Virus record (IMG/VR): IMGVR_UViG_3300034374_009254
Span: 1-64,000 of that record
Source of the DNA: a virus
Direction: 5' to 3' (one strand)
DNA: 64,000 nt
Position 1 is the first letter of the stretch. Each line of letters opens with the position of its first letter. Below, piece by piece: positions 1 through 7,357 of the stretch. Below the pieces are notes generated by a model, which worked only from the letters and a program-made list of their open reading frames with translations, was not told where the DNA came from and searched no databases. Position numbers and translations under genes: made by a program.

Positions 1-348
1 ATTAACTATGATGATGGCTCTACCTACACTTTGGAAGAGAATCAAGAAATTTATATCAGTACGCCGAACAGTGCTTTGTTTAAGCGTCAGCTTATGAAAA
101 ACAAAGACACTTTTTTTCGTGTTCAAAAGCCTTGGACAAAGCGTGACTATGTGCCCGATCCCGATGGTACAGACGACATGGTTGTTGGCTCACACGAATG
201 GTGTGTAGCATATAAGCCTTGGCATGAAGGTCTCACGTTTAATATGATCTCATGGCAACGTGCTTGTGATACTAATAATGATGGAAAATATGGATGCGGT
301 GACGCGAAGTTCAACGCATCGGAAGACGGAGCAGTTTGCTCCTCTTGA
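1..348 (+). CDS. Hypothetical protein, 5'-truncated by the window edge
   Basis: The frame is open from base 1 to the stop at 348 and is followed by a terminator. Confidence 0.6.
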   Translation: MNYDDGSTYTLEENQEIYISTPNSALFKRQLMKNKDTFFRVQKPWTKRDYVPDPDGTDDMVVGSHEWCVAYKPWHEGLTFNMISWQRACDTNNDGKYGCGDAKFNASEDGAVCSS

Positions 349-354
349 TGAAGT

Positions 355-373
355 GGGGCTTCGGCCCCTTTTT
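355..373 (+). terminator. Intrinsic terminator
   Basis: GGGGC-TTCG-GCCCC followed by a T run. Confidence 0.85.
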
Positions 374-431
374 AAACTGCATTACTGAAAAGGATGCAAA
401 GCGTGTACCGAAAGGGCACAGGAGAAAAACC

Positions 432-857
432 ATGACAAAGCAAAATTTATTGAATATTAACGACTTTCACAAGTTCTTTTTGGGACTTGATCTTCATCCA
501 GATTTCTTTTCAAACTCCCCCATGACTGGCTACCCTCGCTACAATGTTGTGCGAGTAGGTAGTACTGGCTATCGTGTAGAGGTCGCAGTTCCGGGATGGG
601 ATAAGGAAGATATCGAAGTTACATTGCATAAAAATGAGTTGAAAATTGAAGGAACTCAAAAGCAAGTAGTAGAAGGAGATGAATCATATCTTTATAAAGG
701 GCTAAGCGGCAAAACTTTCACTCGGGTATTCAAGGTTGGAAACAACATTGAACTTGAAGAAGCATCTATGAAAAATGGACTTCTTTGTGTAAGTTTAGTA
801 GAGCATGTTCCTGAAGAAGATAAGCCCAAAAGGATAGAAATTATAGATGCAGCATAA
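432..857 (+). CDS. hsp20: Small heat-shock protein (Hsp20/IbpA family)
   Basis: YPRYNV, YRVEVAVPGW, YLYKGLS, F.RVF, A.MKNGLL and the C-terminal IEI motif. AGGAG RBS precedes ATG 432. Confidence 0.93.
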   Translation: MTKQNLLNINDFHKFFLGLDLHPDFFSNSPMTGYPRYNVVRVGSTGYRVEVAVPGWDKEDIEVTLHKNELKIEGTQKQVVEGDESYLYKGLSGKTFTRVFKVGNNIELEEASMKNGLLCVSLVEHVPEEDKPKRIEIIDAA

Positions 858-951
858 AGAAGTTTTTCGTAGGCTAAATACCTACGGTATATACTTACTG
901 TCCATATGGGCAGCTTCTGGCATCTGGTTGAGCTTATCTCAATTAGTGTAG
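847..951 (+). CDS. 34-aa single-TM protein
   Basis: Manual translation MQHKEVFRRLNTYGIYLLSIWAASGIWLSLSQLV; overlaps the end of hsp20. Confidence 0.5.
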   Translation: MQHKEVFRRLNTYGIYLLSIWAASGIWLSLSQLV

Positions 952-958
952 CTTTTAT

Positions 959-987
959 GCCCGGGTCGTATCAAGCCCGGGCCTTTT
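959..987 (+). terminator. Probable terminator hairpin
   Basis: GCCCGGG-N-CCCGGGC followed by CTTTT. Confidence 0.55.
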
Positions 988-1001
988 AAGAGGAATCTAA
1001 T

Positions 1002-1142
1002 GTGGATTGGGAAGGGTGGATTTTTACAGCAGCATTAGTATTTTGTTTGCTTGCAATGGTACAATGTGAGCCCAGACAAAGAAACTGTGATATTAGACAT
1101 CCAGCAGGTGCTCCATCGCATCTTTGTGAGAGATATAAATGA
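1002..1142 (+). CDS. 46-aa membrane-anchored protein
   Basis: GTG start after GAGGA: MDWEGWIFTAALVFCLLAMVQCEPRQRNCDIRHPAGAPSHLCERYK. ATGA overlap with the next ORF. Confidence 0.55.
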   Translation: MDWEGWIFTAALVFCLLAMVQCEPRQRNCDIRHPAGAPSHLCERYK

Positions 1143-1225
1143 TTGAACCTTATGTATATGTACTGCTTTTAATTCTTGGAGCGGCAATCTTCTCTTGGTA
1201 TTGGCCGTGGGGAGGAGGAACATGA
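1139..1225 (+). CDS. 28-aa single-TM protein
   Basis: MIEPYVYVLLLILGAAIFSWYWPWGGGT; ATGA overlaps at both ends. Confidence 0.55.
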   Translation: MIEPYVYVLLLILGAAIFSWYWPWGGGT

Positions 1226-1326
1226 ACCCAGAAGAAGCAATATTTTTATTTTCACTTGTAGCAGCAATTATAATGGTAGCAGGAATGAAGTATGGAGACT
1301 GGAAGTCATCTCGAAGAGGTAAATAA
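1222..1326 (+). CDS. 34-aa single-TM protein
   Basis: GGAGGAGG RBS; MNPEEAIFLFSLVAAIIMVAGMKYGDWKSSRRGK. Confidence 0.6.
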   Translation: MNPEEAIFLFSLVAAIIMVAGMKYGDWKSSRRGK

Positions 1327-1471
1327 ATCTTATTTCGAACATTTGTTAGGAGCCTGGAAAGTAGCACTTATACTACTGGTACACGGGCTTCTACCAAATG
1401 TATGGAGGTATAAAGCGAGTGATTTACTTAGGAAAGAGACTAGGAGTAGCGGTATTCGTATTGTTGATTAG
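1292..1471 (+). CDS. 59-aa small membrane protein (DUF6356-like)
   Basis: METGSHLEEVNKSYFEHLLGAWKVALILLVHGLLPNVW..., matching the HLxExxxSYxEH...xHxxxP pattern. Confidence 0.55.
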   Translation: METGSHLEEVNKSYFEHLLGAWKVALILLVHGLLPNVWRYKASDLLRKETRSSGIRIVD

Positions 1472-1559
1472 CGGATGTGCTACAGTAGAAATTAAAAGAG
1501 TTGATTGCAGTGTAAATCAGAACTGGCCGAACTGTAGAGTTGTAGCCGAGGAGGTTTAA
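1419..1559 (+). CDS. 46-aa lipoprotein
   Basis: GGAGGT RBS and GTG start. MIYLGKRLGVAVFVLLISG-CATVEIKRVDCSVNQNWPNCRVVAEEV has a basic N-region, an H-region and a lipobox. Confidence 0.65.
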   Translation: MIYLGKRLGVAVFVLLISGCATVEIKRVDCSVNQNWPNCRVVAEEV

Positions 1560-1940
1560 ATGTATTCAGAAAAGGTACTAGATCATTATGAAAATCCCAG
1601 GAATGTCGGAAAGCTTGACAAAGATGCTCCAGATGTCGGAACAGGCCTCACAGGTGCTCCAGCGTGTGGAGACGTCATGCAACTTCAAATCAGAGTATCG
1701 CCCGACGGAATTATTGAAGATGCTAAATTCAAAACTTACGGATGCGGCAGTGCTATTGCTTCTTCATCACTTCTCACAGAATGGGTTCGAGGAAAGTCCC
1801 TTGACGAAGCGGGAGAAATCAGCAATGTCCAAATTGCTAAAGAACTATCACTCCCGCCTGTGAAGATACACTGTAGTGTACTAGCGGAAGATGCAATTAA
1901 AGCAGCCATCACGGATTACAGGAGTAAACATGGATCGTGA
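1560..1940 (+). CDS. iscU: Fe-S cluster assembly scaffold IscU (auxiliary metabolic gene)
   Basis: YSEKVLDHYENPRNVG, GAPACGDVM, FKTYGCGSAIASSS and LPPVKIHCSVLAEDAIKAA. All three Cys and the HscA-binding LPPVK motif are intact. GAGGAGG RBS. Confidence 0.97.
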   Translation: MYSEKVLDHYENPRNVGKLDKDAPDVGTGLTGAPACGDVMQLQIRVSPDGIIEDAKFKTYGCGSAIASSSLLTEWVRGKSLDEAGEISNVQIAKELSLPPVKIHCSVLAEDAIKAAITDYRSKHGS

Positions 1941-2385
1941 AAAATTATATGAAGAAATTAAAGCAGATGAAGGAGAAGTTCTGGAGGTCTATCTCGACCA
2001 CTTGGGATACCCTACTATTGGTGTCGGACACTTGGTCACAGCAAAAGATGAAGAATTTGGAAAACCTCCCGGGACAGCCATTACAGCTGAGAGAAGCCGA
2101 GAGCTCTTCGCTCGAGACATTCAGTCTGCCATTGAGGACTGCGAAAGACTTTTCGGACAATGGCACAACTGGCCGGAGGAAGTCCAACGTATAATGGTAA
2201 ATATGTGTTTTAATCTTGGGGCATCAAGATTAGCATACTTTACAAAAATGAGATTTCAACTTTCTCAGCGCAACTGGAGACAGGCGGCAGAAGAAGGAAG
2301 AGATTCTAAGTGGTATCGACAAGTACCTAACCGAGCTGAAAGGCTCATGACAAGACTGGAGAATGTTAGTAATGGAAGTAATTGA
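1930..2385 (+). CDS. T4-type lysozyme (GH24) endolysin
   Basis: E-x8-D-x5-T triad in DEGEVLEVYLDHLGYPTIGVGH; NMCFNLG; SKWYRQVPNRAERL. The start was moved to ATG 1930 after GGAG. Confidence 0.9.
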   Translation: MDREKLYEEIKADEGEVLEVYLDHLGYPTIGVGHLVTAKDEEFGKPPGTAITAERSRELFARDIQSAIEDCERLFGQWHNWPEEVQRIMVNMCFNLGASRLAYFTKMRFQLSQRNWRQAAEEGRDSKWYRQVPNRAERLMTRLENVSNGSN

Positions 2386-2875
2386 TTCTTCTACACTTTA
2401 TAAAGACCAAATATTTTTTCTAAATGATTCTTCTTGGAGGATGCTCGAAACTATTGACAGTAGACTTGCTGTAATGGTTCAACATGCAATTGGTATGTCA
2501 GACATTGAGTTTCAAGTAATTGAAGGAAGAAGAACAACTAAAATGCATAACCTGTTATATTCTAAAGGAGCTACTCAAGACGGAGTACATTCTTCGCATT
2601 TTTATGGGATGGCAGTAGACCTATTAGTTATTTTAGAAGGCAAACCTATTCTAGAAATAGAGCCATATAGAGATGTTGCACAGTGTATGCAGTATGCTGC
2701 CGAACATATAGGAGTGCCTATAATGTGGGGAGGAGCTCCACACATTGAAGATTTAAGAGGAACCAAAGATTTCTATGAAGATCTTACAAATAGTTTTATA
2801 GATATTTGTAGAAATGATGATCCACCCAGAACCCCTACATTGAATCCACATCATTTTGAGATACCTGTAGAATAA
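2372..2875 (+). CDS. M15-family peptidoglycan peptidase (T5 endolysin-like)
   Basis: EGRRT, SSHFYGMAVD, WGG and HFE motifs. Confidence 0.75.
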   Translation: MEVIDSSTLYKDQIFFLNDSSWRMLETIDSRLAVMVQHAIGMSDIEFQVIEGRRTTKMHNLLYSKGATQDGVHSSHFYGMAVDLLVILEGKPILEIEPYRDVAQCMQYAAEHIGVPIMWGGAPHIEDLRGTKDFYEDLTNSFIDICRNDDPPRTPTLNPHHFEIPVE

Positions 2876-2878
2876 ATG

Positions 2879-2907
2879 TTGACTTTATTTTTCAATCAGT
2901 GTATAAT
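2879..2907 (+). promoter_or_regulatory. Sigma70-type phage promoter P1
   Basis: TTGACT-17 bp-TATAAT. Confidence 0.85.
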
Positions 2908-2927
2908 ATATGCTGATTGGAGGACTT

Positions 2928-3524
2928 ATGAATCTTTTTTACCTCGATGAGGATTTAGACGCGTGTGCAGAAGCTCACGTTGACAAACATATTGTAAAAA
3001 TGCCGTTGGAAGTTGCCCAGATATGCTGCACAGCTATTTGGGTAGACGTGCATCTAGGTTTTATACCCCGGGCTTTAACAAAACAAGAGTCCGATTACCT
3101 AAACTCCTTGAAGAAGGAGATTAAACACCTACCACCTGAAAGCAGACCACTCACTCCCTACTTGCCTATGATGTACAATCATCCTTGTACTATATGGGCA
3201 CGTAGTTCTTTGGATAATTATGAGTGGACTCATTGCTACGGTAATGCTCTTGGAGAAGAATATCGCTACCGTTATGGAAAGCAACACAAATCAGTCACAG
3301 TCATCAACGAGCTACCGGAGCCTCTCAAAATGGAAAGACTTGGATTTACCACTTTCGGACTGGCAATGCCGGACGTGCTCAAAGACTATGATAACCCTAT
3401 ACAGTCTTATCGTGACTATTATCATCTCGACAAGGCTACTTTTGCCATTTGGTCTCACAGACCCAAACCCAGTTGGTGGGACGATGATCTTGCAGACTAT
3501 GAGAAGAGGATTACAGCGAAATGA
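2928..3524 (+). CDS. Pyrimidine-dimer DNA glycosylase-like protein (DenV/Pyr_excise family)
   Basis: MNLFYLD...DKHIVKMPLEVAQ, NHPCTIWAR.S..NY.W and YRDYY..DK. GGAGG RBS. Confidence 0.75.
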   Translation: MNLFYLDEDLDACAEAHVDKHIVKMPLEVAQICCTAIWVDVHLGFIPRALTKQESDYLNSLKKEIKHLPPESRPLTPYLPMMYNHPCTIWARSSLDNYEWTHCYGNALGEEYRYRYGKQHKSVTVINELPEPLKMERLGFTTFGLAMPDVLKDYDNPIQSYRDYYHLDKATFAIWSHRPKPSWWDDDLADYEKRITAK

Positions 3525-3748
3525 AAGTTGAAATTGATATTAATTCTGATACCGCAGATTTTTTAATTGTAGAAAACCTAAAGCAAACAATTGCGGATAT
3601 GAAGCATAATTTAAAAGCTCGCGGAGAAGAAACCGAGACCTGCGGGGGCTTTTTCTCTACTGATAAAGAGGAAGATTTGATTGAAATGGCCAAGCATATA
3701 GAGGCGTTTAAACTTACACTAAGTTATTTTGGAGTAACTGATGAGTAA
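3521..3748 (+). CDS. Hypothetical protein
   Basis: ATGA-coupled ORF in the operon. Confidence 0.7.
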   Translation: MKVEIDINSDTADFLIVENLKQTIADMKHNLKARGEETETCGGFFSTDKEEDLIEMAKHIEAFKLTLSYFGVTDE

Positions 3749-4037
3749 CTCAATTTTTGATTTAGAACAAGAGATGCTACAATTTGCGAATGTTACTGAC
3801 GACATTGAAAGAGTAACTAAGTATTTTGTAGAAAGCCCTGATTGGGAAGGCATGGACGGCAGATTAGCTGATGCCCTTATGAACAAGTATTTTGCCATAA
3901 AAGAATTGTACGAAATCAAATTTGACACTATGTGGGATACTTTTGAAAAGGTTTGTGAAGAGTATCATATTGCCCATAAATTAGCAGGTCTTGAGCGAGA
4001 AGAACAGTTACAGAGTTTGTTTGATGAGAAAATATAA
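3741..4037 (+). CDS. Hypothetical protein
   Basis: GGAG RBS; overlapping operon ORF. Confidence 0.7.
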   Translation: MSNSIFDLEQEMLQFANVTDDIERVTKYFVESPDWEGMDGRLADALMNKYFAIKELYEIKFDTMWDTFEKVCEEYHIAHKLAGLEREEQLQSLFDEKI

Positions 4038-4206
4038 AATAATAGAAGCTCACTACGGTGAAAAACATAGCTTTTGGAGAGTTGTTGTAACTTCAGAGCA
4101 AGGTGAACAGTTTCAAACTGTAGGAAAATTTCCCACAAGAGAGCAGGCAGATAAGTATGTAGAATACTTAGTACAATCTCAAGACAAGAGGCACAACCAA
4201 TGGTAG
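4024..4206 (+). CDS. Hypothetical protein
   Basis: Fills the gap between coupled ORFs. Confidence 0.55.
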   Translation: MRKYKIIEAHYGEKHSFWRVVVTSEQGEQFQTVGKFPTREQADKYVEYLVQSQDKRHNQW

Positions 4207-4565
4207 ACACAGTAAATCAGCCACCGCACTATCGTGCACATCCGAGTGGAGTAGAGTGTATTCAAATTACTGAACATATGAATTTTTGTTTGGGTAATGC
4301 AATAAAATATATTTGGAGAGCTGGAGTTAAAAGCCAAGACCCAGTAGAAGATTTAAGCAAAGCAGTATGGTATCTAAATAGGGAGATAGCAAAAATTGAG
4401 AAGGATCAAAAAGAAAGAGTCAGAGAACTTGTCCGATACCAATATACAGAAAGTGATAACCCTCTTGAGTGCGCAGGATGGGGCCTCCCCGATAACAAAG
4501 AAGGAAGCTTGCGGTATCCTGAATATAGCGTACAATACAACACGACTCCAGAAAATCATAGATGA
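4200..4565 (+). CDS. DUF3310 protein (T7 gp1.7-like nucleotide kinase family)
   Basis: D.VNQPPHY, ECIQI, FCLGNAIKYIWRAG.K and EDLSKAVWYL. Confidence 0.85.
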   Translation: MVDTVNQPPHYRAHPSGVECIQITEHMNFCLGNAIKYIWRAGVKSQDPVEDLSKAVWYLNREIAKIEKDQKERVRELVRYQYTESDNPLECAGWGLPDNKEGSLRYPEYSVQYNTTPENHR

Positions 4566-5097
4566 TTTTTTGGAAACGCAAGAGTACCGACAAAAACGAA
4601 AAGCACAAAATAGGGGAAGAGCAGCTACAAAATCCGAAGTGGCAGATGCGGTTACTGGATTCTTATCCGGCGAGCCCATCTCTGCAATTGCCTCAGGACT
4701 TTATCGTTCACCCGGATTTGTTAAAAGCATCATCGAAAGGGTGGGTGTACCTCAAAAAGAAGACGGACGGTACGATTACTTACCAGAAGAATGTGTGGCC
4801 GAATCGTTCGAAGAAGGCGAAATAGTCTGGTCGGCCAAATATCATGGCCCTGCCATAATTCGGGCAGAATTATCAGTAGACTATCAAGCAGAGCTTCCAG
4901 GCTATAAAGATGTAAACTATGAAAAGAAGTATGGTAGCAAAGCATACAATATTTGGGTACTTGAAAAAGTAGACGATGACTACAGTGAGCGTTGGACTAC
5001 TTCCACTGGCGGAGGCTTTAGTGCAACACAGCTTGCGTATGATTTAGGCAAGCTATCTCACCTTCAAGAATACGGAGTTGATTTATCACGTATCTAA
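4396..5097 (+). CDS. D2: T5 D2-like DNA-binding protein
   Basis: TKKEACGILNIAYNTTRL, HTH-like ISAIASGLYRS, and position in T5 gene order. TTG start with GGGAG RBS. Confidence 0.75.
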   Translation: MRRIKKKESENLSDTNIQKVITLLSAQDGASPITKKEACGILNIAYNTTRLQKIIDDFLETQEYRQKRKAQNRGRAATKSEVADAVTGFLSGEPISAIASGLYRSPGFVKSIIERVGVPQKEDGRYDYLPEECVAESFEEGEIVWSAKYHGPAIIRAELSVDYQAELPGYKDVNYEKKYGSKAYNIWVLEKVDDDYSERWTTSTGGGFSATQLAYDLGKLSHLQEYGVDLSRI

Positions 5098-5106
5098 AAA
5101 TATTTC

Positions 5107-5135
5107 TTGACTTTCATCTTCAATAGAAGTATAAT
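5107..5135 (+). promoter_or_regulatory. Sigma70-type phage promoter P2
   Basis: AAAAATATTTC-TTGACT-17 bp-TATAAT. Confidence 0.88.
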
Positions 5136-5247
5136 ATGTGTATTGAAGATGAGGGAACCAATGGGCGACCGATTTTATTTATCACAACTAGCCGCGACAG
5201 GATCGTGTCCTGGCGCAAAACTTACACAACTTAGAAGGAAACGCAAA

Positions 5248-5616
5248 ATGGCATGGGACGACGATAAGAAGGCACAGGCTGTATCTATGTATGAAGCAGC
5301 TGACCCTACTCCCGAAACGTCAATGGAAATTGTTAAAGACATTGCAGACGAACTGGAAGAATCTCCCAACGGTGTTCGTATGATTCTTACTAAAGCTGGT
5401 GTCTATGTAAAGAAGAGCCCCGCTTCTGGTGGCAGCAAACCAGCCTCGAATGGTGGTAGCGGGGGCCGAGTTTCAAAAGCTGCTGCTCAAGACGCGCTTA
5501 TTGCTGCAATTAGTGATGCTGGGCAAGAAGTAGACGAAGATGTTATTTCAAAACTAACTGGTAAAGCTGCTCAATACTTTACTACTGTTTTGAACGCAGT
5601 TAACGCAGCAAGTTAA
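5248..5616 (+). CDS. D3: T5 D3-like DNA-binding protein (alternative in-frame start at 5161)
   Basis: MAWDDDKK...SPNGVRMILTKAGVYVKK...KLTGKAAQYF, plus synteny. Confidence 0.75.
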   Translation: MAWDDDKKAQAVSMYEAADPTPETSMEIVKDIADELEESPNGVRMILTKAGVYVKKSPASGGSKPASNGGSGGRVSKAAAQDALIAAISDAGQEVDEDVISKLTGKAAQYFTTVLNAVNAAS

Positions 5617-5630
5617 TTAATTTTTAATTA

Positions 5631-5660
5631 GCCTCCGAAACTTTGTTTCGGGGGTTTTCT
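5631..5660 (+). terminator. Intrinsic terminator after D3
   Basis: CCTCCGAAAC-TTT-GTTTCGGGGG followed by TTTTCT. Confidence 0.75.
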
Positions 5661-5729
5661 GCATTTCAGTATTACAACCTAAAACCTAGAGCAGTAAAAA
5701 ACTTTGCTAACCTTGGTATAGGAGTAATA

Positions 5730-5996
5730 ATGAAAAAGGAAGACTTAGCAAATACACTGCGTGAATATGGGGATGCCATAATCACGTACAGAAGCGAAAA
5801 GTCCAATAAACTAAAATATAATGTTTGCACTTTAGACTTCTCTACCCCATATATTCAAACGAAGAAAAATAGAGCAAAAGAGTCCTCCGAAACGTTGCTT
5901 ACGTTTTGTTGGGACACAGACTCTTATCGCCTATTAAAACCTGCGAATATAACCAGTATCATCCCACTCTCTTCAGTTTTGAAGAACGAGAGGTAG
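5730..5996 (+). CDS. Conserved T5-like hypothetical protein (SH3/WYL-like)
   Basis: AGGAG RBS; YNVCTLDF and FCWDTDSYRLL; T5 synteny. Confidence 0.7.
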   Translation: MKKEDLANTLREYGDAIITYRSEKSNKLKYNVCTLDFSTPYIQTKKNRAKESSETLLTFCWDTDSYRLLKPANITSIIPLSSVLKNER

Positions 5997-5998
5997 AT

Positions 5999-6301
5999 AT
6001 GGAACTTTACGCGTCCCCAGAGCTTTACGAAAAAATCATTCATTACGATGAAGAAAAAGAAACGCAAGTAAGGCTAACAGTTGGAACCTTTAGAGGTGTA
6101 GAATATCTTCATTTACGCAAGTATTTTTTAAGTTTTGACGAAGAGTGGTGCCCTACACCAGATGGAATTGCATTTCCTTTAGACATGGATAATTCAAAAG
6201 AACTATTTAGAGGCTTAGTAGAAATATTAAGCCTAGCGGAAAGTAAAAAGATTATTCAAGAAGAATTTTCTGAACTTATCCAGGACATTTATATAAAATA
6301 A
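5999..6301 (+). CDS. PC4/p15-like ssDNA-binding protein
   Basis: VRLTVGTFRGVEYLHLRKYF...W.PT..GI. Confidence 0.75.
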   Translation: MELYASPELYEKIIHYDEEKETQVRLTVGTFRGVEYLHLRKYFLSFDEEWCPTPDGIAFPLDMDNSKELFRGLVEILSLAESKKIIQEEFSELIQDIYIK

Positions 6302-6304
6302 TTC

Positions 6305-6333
6305 TTGACTTTTCTTTCTCTTTTCTGTATAAT
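6305..6333 (+). promoter_or_regulatory. Sigma70-type phage promoter P3
   Basis: AAAATAATTC-TTGACT-17 bp-TATAAT. Confidence 0.88.
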
Positions 6334-6357
6334 ATATGTTCTGAGTGAGGATAGTAA

Positions 6358-7305
6358 ATGAAAGATTTTATTGAAAAAGCAGCGTGTGCTTATTACTCTG
6401 GGTATCCTATTATTTCGGATGAAGAGTTTGACGCGATTGTTGCAAAGTACAACTACAATGCTGTTGGTCATCAGGTTACTGATGGTGTTCCGCATATGTT
6501 TCGTATGTACTCACTTCAAAAAGTTTTTAGCTTAGATGACATTCCTACTCCCAACTCAAAGTACATTCGTACTCCGAAGTTGGATGGCGCTGCTGTCTCT
6601 TTACTTTATGTAAATGGGCACTTCGCACTCGGATTGACACGAGGAGACGGTAATCTTGGCCGAGATATTACCCTCAAACTAGAAGAGCTGGTTCCTGTTA
6701 GTATCCCCATGAAGGGAGAAGTACAGATTACTGGCGAAGTAGTTTGTCCCTCGTCTGTCCCCAATGCTCGTAACGTCGCCTCGGGGTCGCTAAACCTCAA
6801 AGATATTCATGAATTTCGGGCAAGAGCCCGGGATTTAGTCTTTGTTGCTTACGACATGCAGTTTGAAAAAGACTACTCAAACTACATTGATGCTATGAAT
6901 GCATTGGCCCATGAAGGCTTTAATGTTGTTACTACCTTCGACCACTCTAACTATCCTACGGATGGTTGGGTGTACCGTATTAATGACCAGAAGTCTTTTC
7001 AAAAAATGGGATATACAGCTCATCACCCTCGCGGCGCTTTTGCTCTTAAAGAGCAGAAAGAGGGTGTACATACAGAATTGCTCGATGTTGTGTGGCAAGT
7101 TGGTAAATCAGGTGTAGTCAGCCCAGTTGCCATTCTTGATCCGGTCGAAGTGGAAGGTGCTCTCGTGAGCAGGGCAACTCTACACAACATTGAGTACATT
7201 CGCTCCCTAGAACTAGAAATAGGATGCACTGTCGAAGTAATTCGGAGTGGAGAAATTATACCTCGAATTTTAGGACGGGTAGACCTTCCAAAAAATAGTT
7301 CTTGA
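6358..7305 (+). CDS. ligA: NAD-dependent DNA ligase subunit A (adenylation and OB domains)
   Basis: ISDEEFD, MYSLQK, KLDG, TRGDG, NARN..SG, TDG.V, RATLHN and RSGEIIPRI. Confidence 0.95.
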   Translation: MKDFIEKAACAYYSGYPIISDEEFDAIVAKYNYNAVGHQVTDGVPHMFRMYSLQKVFSLDDIPTPNSKYIRTPKLDGAAVSLLYVNGHFALGLTRGDGNLGRDITLKLEELVPVSIPMKGEVQITGEVVCPSSVPNARNVASGSLNLKDIHEFRARARDLVFVAYDMQFEKDYSNYIDAMNALAHEGFNVVTTFDHSNYPTDGWVYRINDQKSFQKMGYTAHHPRGAFALKEQKEGVHTELLDVVWQVGKSGVVSPVAILDPVEVEGALVSRATLHNIEYIRSLELEIGCTVEVIRSGEIIPRILGRVDLPKNSS

Positions 7306-7330
7306 CTTTTATCTCATATTTTCGTATAAT
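7302..7330 (+). promoter_or_regulatory. Sigma70-type phage promoter P4
   Basis: AAAAATAGTTC-TTGACT-17 bp-TATAAT; the -35 box contains the ligA stop codon. Confidence 0.88.
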
Positions 7331-7357
7331 ATATTTAACTTTTTCGGAGAACTAAAA

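Noticed and set aside
1035-1367. 110-aa minus-strand ORF
   Set aside because: It is the shadow of RBS-bearing, coupled small ORFs on the + strand.
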